Part shown: piece after piece, positions 61,784-64,000 of the stretch | Layout of the letters: each line of letters begins with the position of its first letter | Position numbering within the stretch: the stretch's first letter is position 1 | Source of the DNA: Podarcis bocagei | Taxonomy: Eukaryota | DNA: 64,000 bases | Assembly: GCA_964188305.1 (NCBI GenBank) | Contig: OZ076895.1 | Direction: 5' to 3' (one strand) | Program-made: the position numbers and the translations under genes | The notes under the pieces: model-generated | Told to the model about the DNA's origin: nothing | What the model saw: the letters and a program-made list of their open reading frames with translations, nothing else | Database searches by the model: none

Positions 61784-64000
61784 CTTAATTTGAGAAAAAA
61801 CAGCACTTTCACATACACAAGCATTTGTCAAATAAAATATTTCTCCCCCCCCCCCCATCACTATGCAATATATAAAACAAGGATGGCCAATTCCTACTTT
61901 AGGAGTCTGAACCACCACCCAGGCAAATGTTTCTGCCTCCCCTAAGACCCCACAGGCAGGGGACAGGATTCAACTAGACACAGAGCTGAGGTGGGCCCAG
62001 TGCCCCTGATAAGGAAGCAAGCCACCCCTCTGCAGTCATCCAATTGATCATTTGGTTGGACAGGATGATAACTTTCCCTCCTCAGCTTATGTGCATGCAT
62101 CCGTTGAGGTGAAGGAAATTTGTGCCTGCGATAGAACGTCTCTATGAGATGGCCATATCCATCATTGGCTTGCAGCCCCTGGAAGATGTGACAAGAGGAA
62201 TGTGGCCCTCAGGACAAAAAGGGGGCTGCCAATGCTGATGTAATGCATTCTGTGGTTGCTGTTGTTATTGCTAATATAGCACCATGAGTCTGCATAGTTC
62301 TTTACTGAACAGAAGACAGATCCCTGCCGCAAATATCTTAACATTCAACATGGGAAACGACAGAAGAAGAGAGAAGTGGAGGCAAGGCTAATGTGAAAGC
62401 AATATATGGTTGTTTCAGTTGCACATGCTTTGGCTTAGTTTCAGGTTGTGTCAGATCAACAACAACAGCATTTGTACCCTGCCCATTAGGGCATGGGAAC
62501 TAGGAGGAGCATGCCAAAGACTTCTTAGTTCTATGGAAAGTCTCAATAATGGTTATGTGACTGGCTAAGATCACTTCTGCTATATGAATAGTTTGCTGAA
62601 ATGAACACACGCAACCATAAATTGAGATGCTGTGAAATACAAAGCACATAGTAATAAGATAAATTCAGTCAACAATAAGCCCTGAAGTTAGATGGATTTG
62701 TAAATTAAACTTGGCCATGCAGGTGAACAACAATACAAGTCAGAAGCCACTAACAGAGACAGAATCTTTCAAAAGCAATTCTCAAATTAAAGGAGATCTA
62801 GAACTCTTCGTTAAAGCACTCTAAAGCTGAAAACAGCATTTTTAAATTACAACGTTTGTGAACAAAATCACAAAACAAGATTTTGACGGCGTAGGTAATT
62901 TTAACTAGGGTTGGGAAGCAAGAGGTGTGTGCTTCTACCAGGCTACAGAAATGATTAAGCAATAATTCATAAATATTCAGAACATATGCAGAGCTTGAGC
63001 TTTGGTCCCCTCCTCTTTTATGCAGGTTTGAACATTAAACACTTTGCCATAATTTGTTATGTCATGTAGAGAACAAGCTATTGACTTAGCTAAAAAAAAA
63101 AAGGTAGAATAAATTTATTTATCTGGGAATTAAATAAAGCTTGTTGAGGGAAAATTGCAGAGTTGCAGCTTACCAACTGGTGAAGTAGTTCATCTTTTTT
63201 CTTATATGGTAAAAAAGAAAGCCAGCTTTTAAATTTCTCAGCTAAGTTTGATAGGACGTCTTTCTATTAAAAAAAAAATCAATACAGTAGTAATAAATAT
63301 AATAATTATCATAAAAACTGCCTTCATTTATTTCCACTGGTCTAGTCATATGTGAAGATGATGTCTGTTAAGTAGCTTAAGCCTACAAATAACACAGGTC
63401 ATTGTACCAAGAGTCAAATACACCAGCACACCAGTGTTTATAATGTTCTGACCAACATCACAATTAAGGCACCGAAAAAGGACAAGGAATAGAGAATATG
63501 ATGGGGAACTGTTTCATGATAAAATAACTGTGTACACAAATGTACTGAGGGCAGCAAGAACTATTTTTTTTAAAAATGCATAAATTATTTGAACACAATT
63601 GCTCCTTAGCAAGAGGCAGGCTATAAATGCATGCTTTGTTAGATGCGTATTGAGAATCTCCAGCTTTCCTGCAAACATCATCACAATATTCATTACAACA
63701 AAAATCCTATACAATTCATTTCAATAAAAAACAAAAGATGTTTTGATACACAAGTTTTCAACAGTTGCCTAATGAAATGGCCTATTAAGGTTCTATTATA
63801 TAAGTATTTGTATATATGGTTAGTTACTTTGGGAAGAAAAAACTGGAATATTCACTTTGTTTTTTGGCCAAGTGAATTTTCATTAAAGAGGATTTTTGCT
63901 TTCATTATCACACTGTTCATTACTCAACATGGAATCATTTTAATCAGCAACACTTGAGATGAAAATGATTATTACAAAATATGATTTTTTTGTAATAAGC

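Overview
Vertebrate genomic DNA from a squamate reptile, probably a lacertid lizard (inferred from Sauria-type SINEs and other repeats). Three spliced genes were reconstructed by hand. (1) METAP2, minus strand, complete: 11 coding exons, 16034->1457, 480 aa, with a GC-AG intron 2 and a CpG-island promoter. (2) A plus-strand gene of at least 16 coding exons (21479->at least 42903, about 890 aa), largely missed by the ORF track. It resembles C3orf20/FAM194-domain proteins, lies head-to-head with METAP2 and tail-to-tail with VEZT, and has a U12 AT-AC intron. By synteny it may be a whole-genome-duplication paralogue of C3orf20 with no known counterpart at the human VEZT-METAP2 locus. (3) The last nine coding exons of VEZT, minus strand, 61783->49359, also with a U12 AT-AC intron. 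Introns contain SINEs, LINE fragments, Tc1/mariner and hAT MITEs, two solo LTRs with 5-bp TSDs and reading frames open from the LTR edge, and Penelope-like fragments. One Penelope-like fragment keeps a minimal hammerhead-ribozyme motif in sense orientation in METAP2 intron 10. Gene identities rest on recognising protein sequence from memory, not on database searches.
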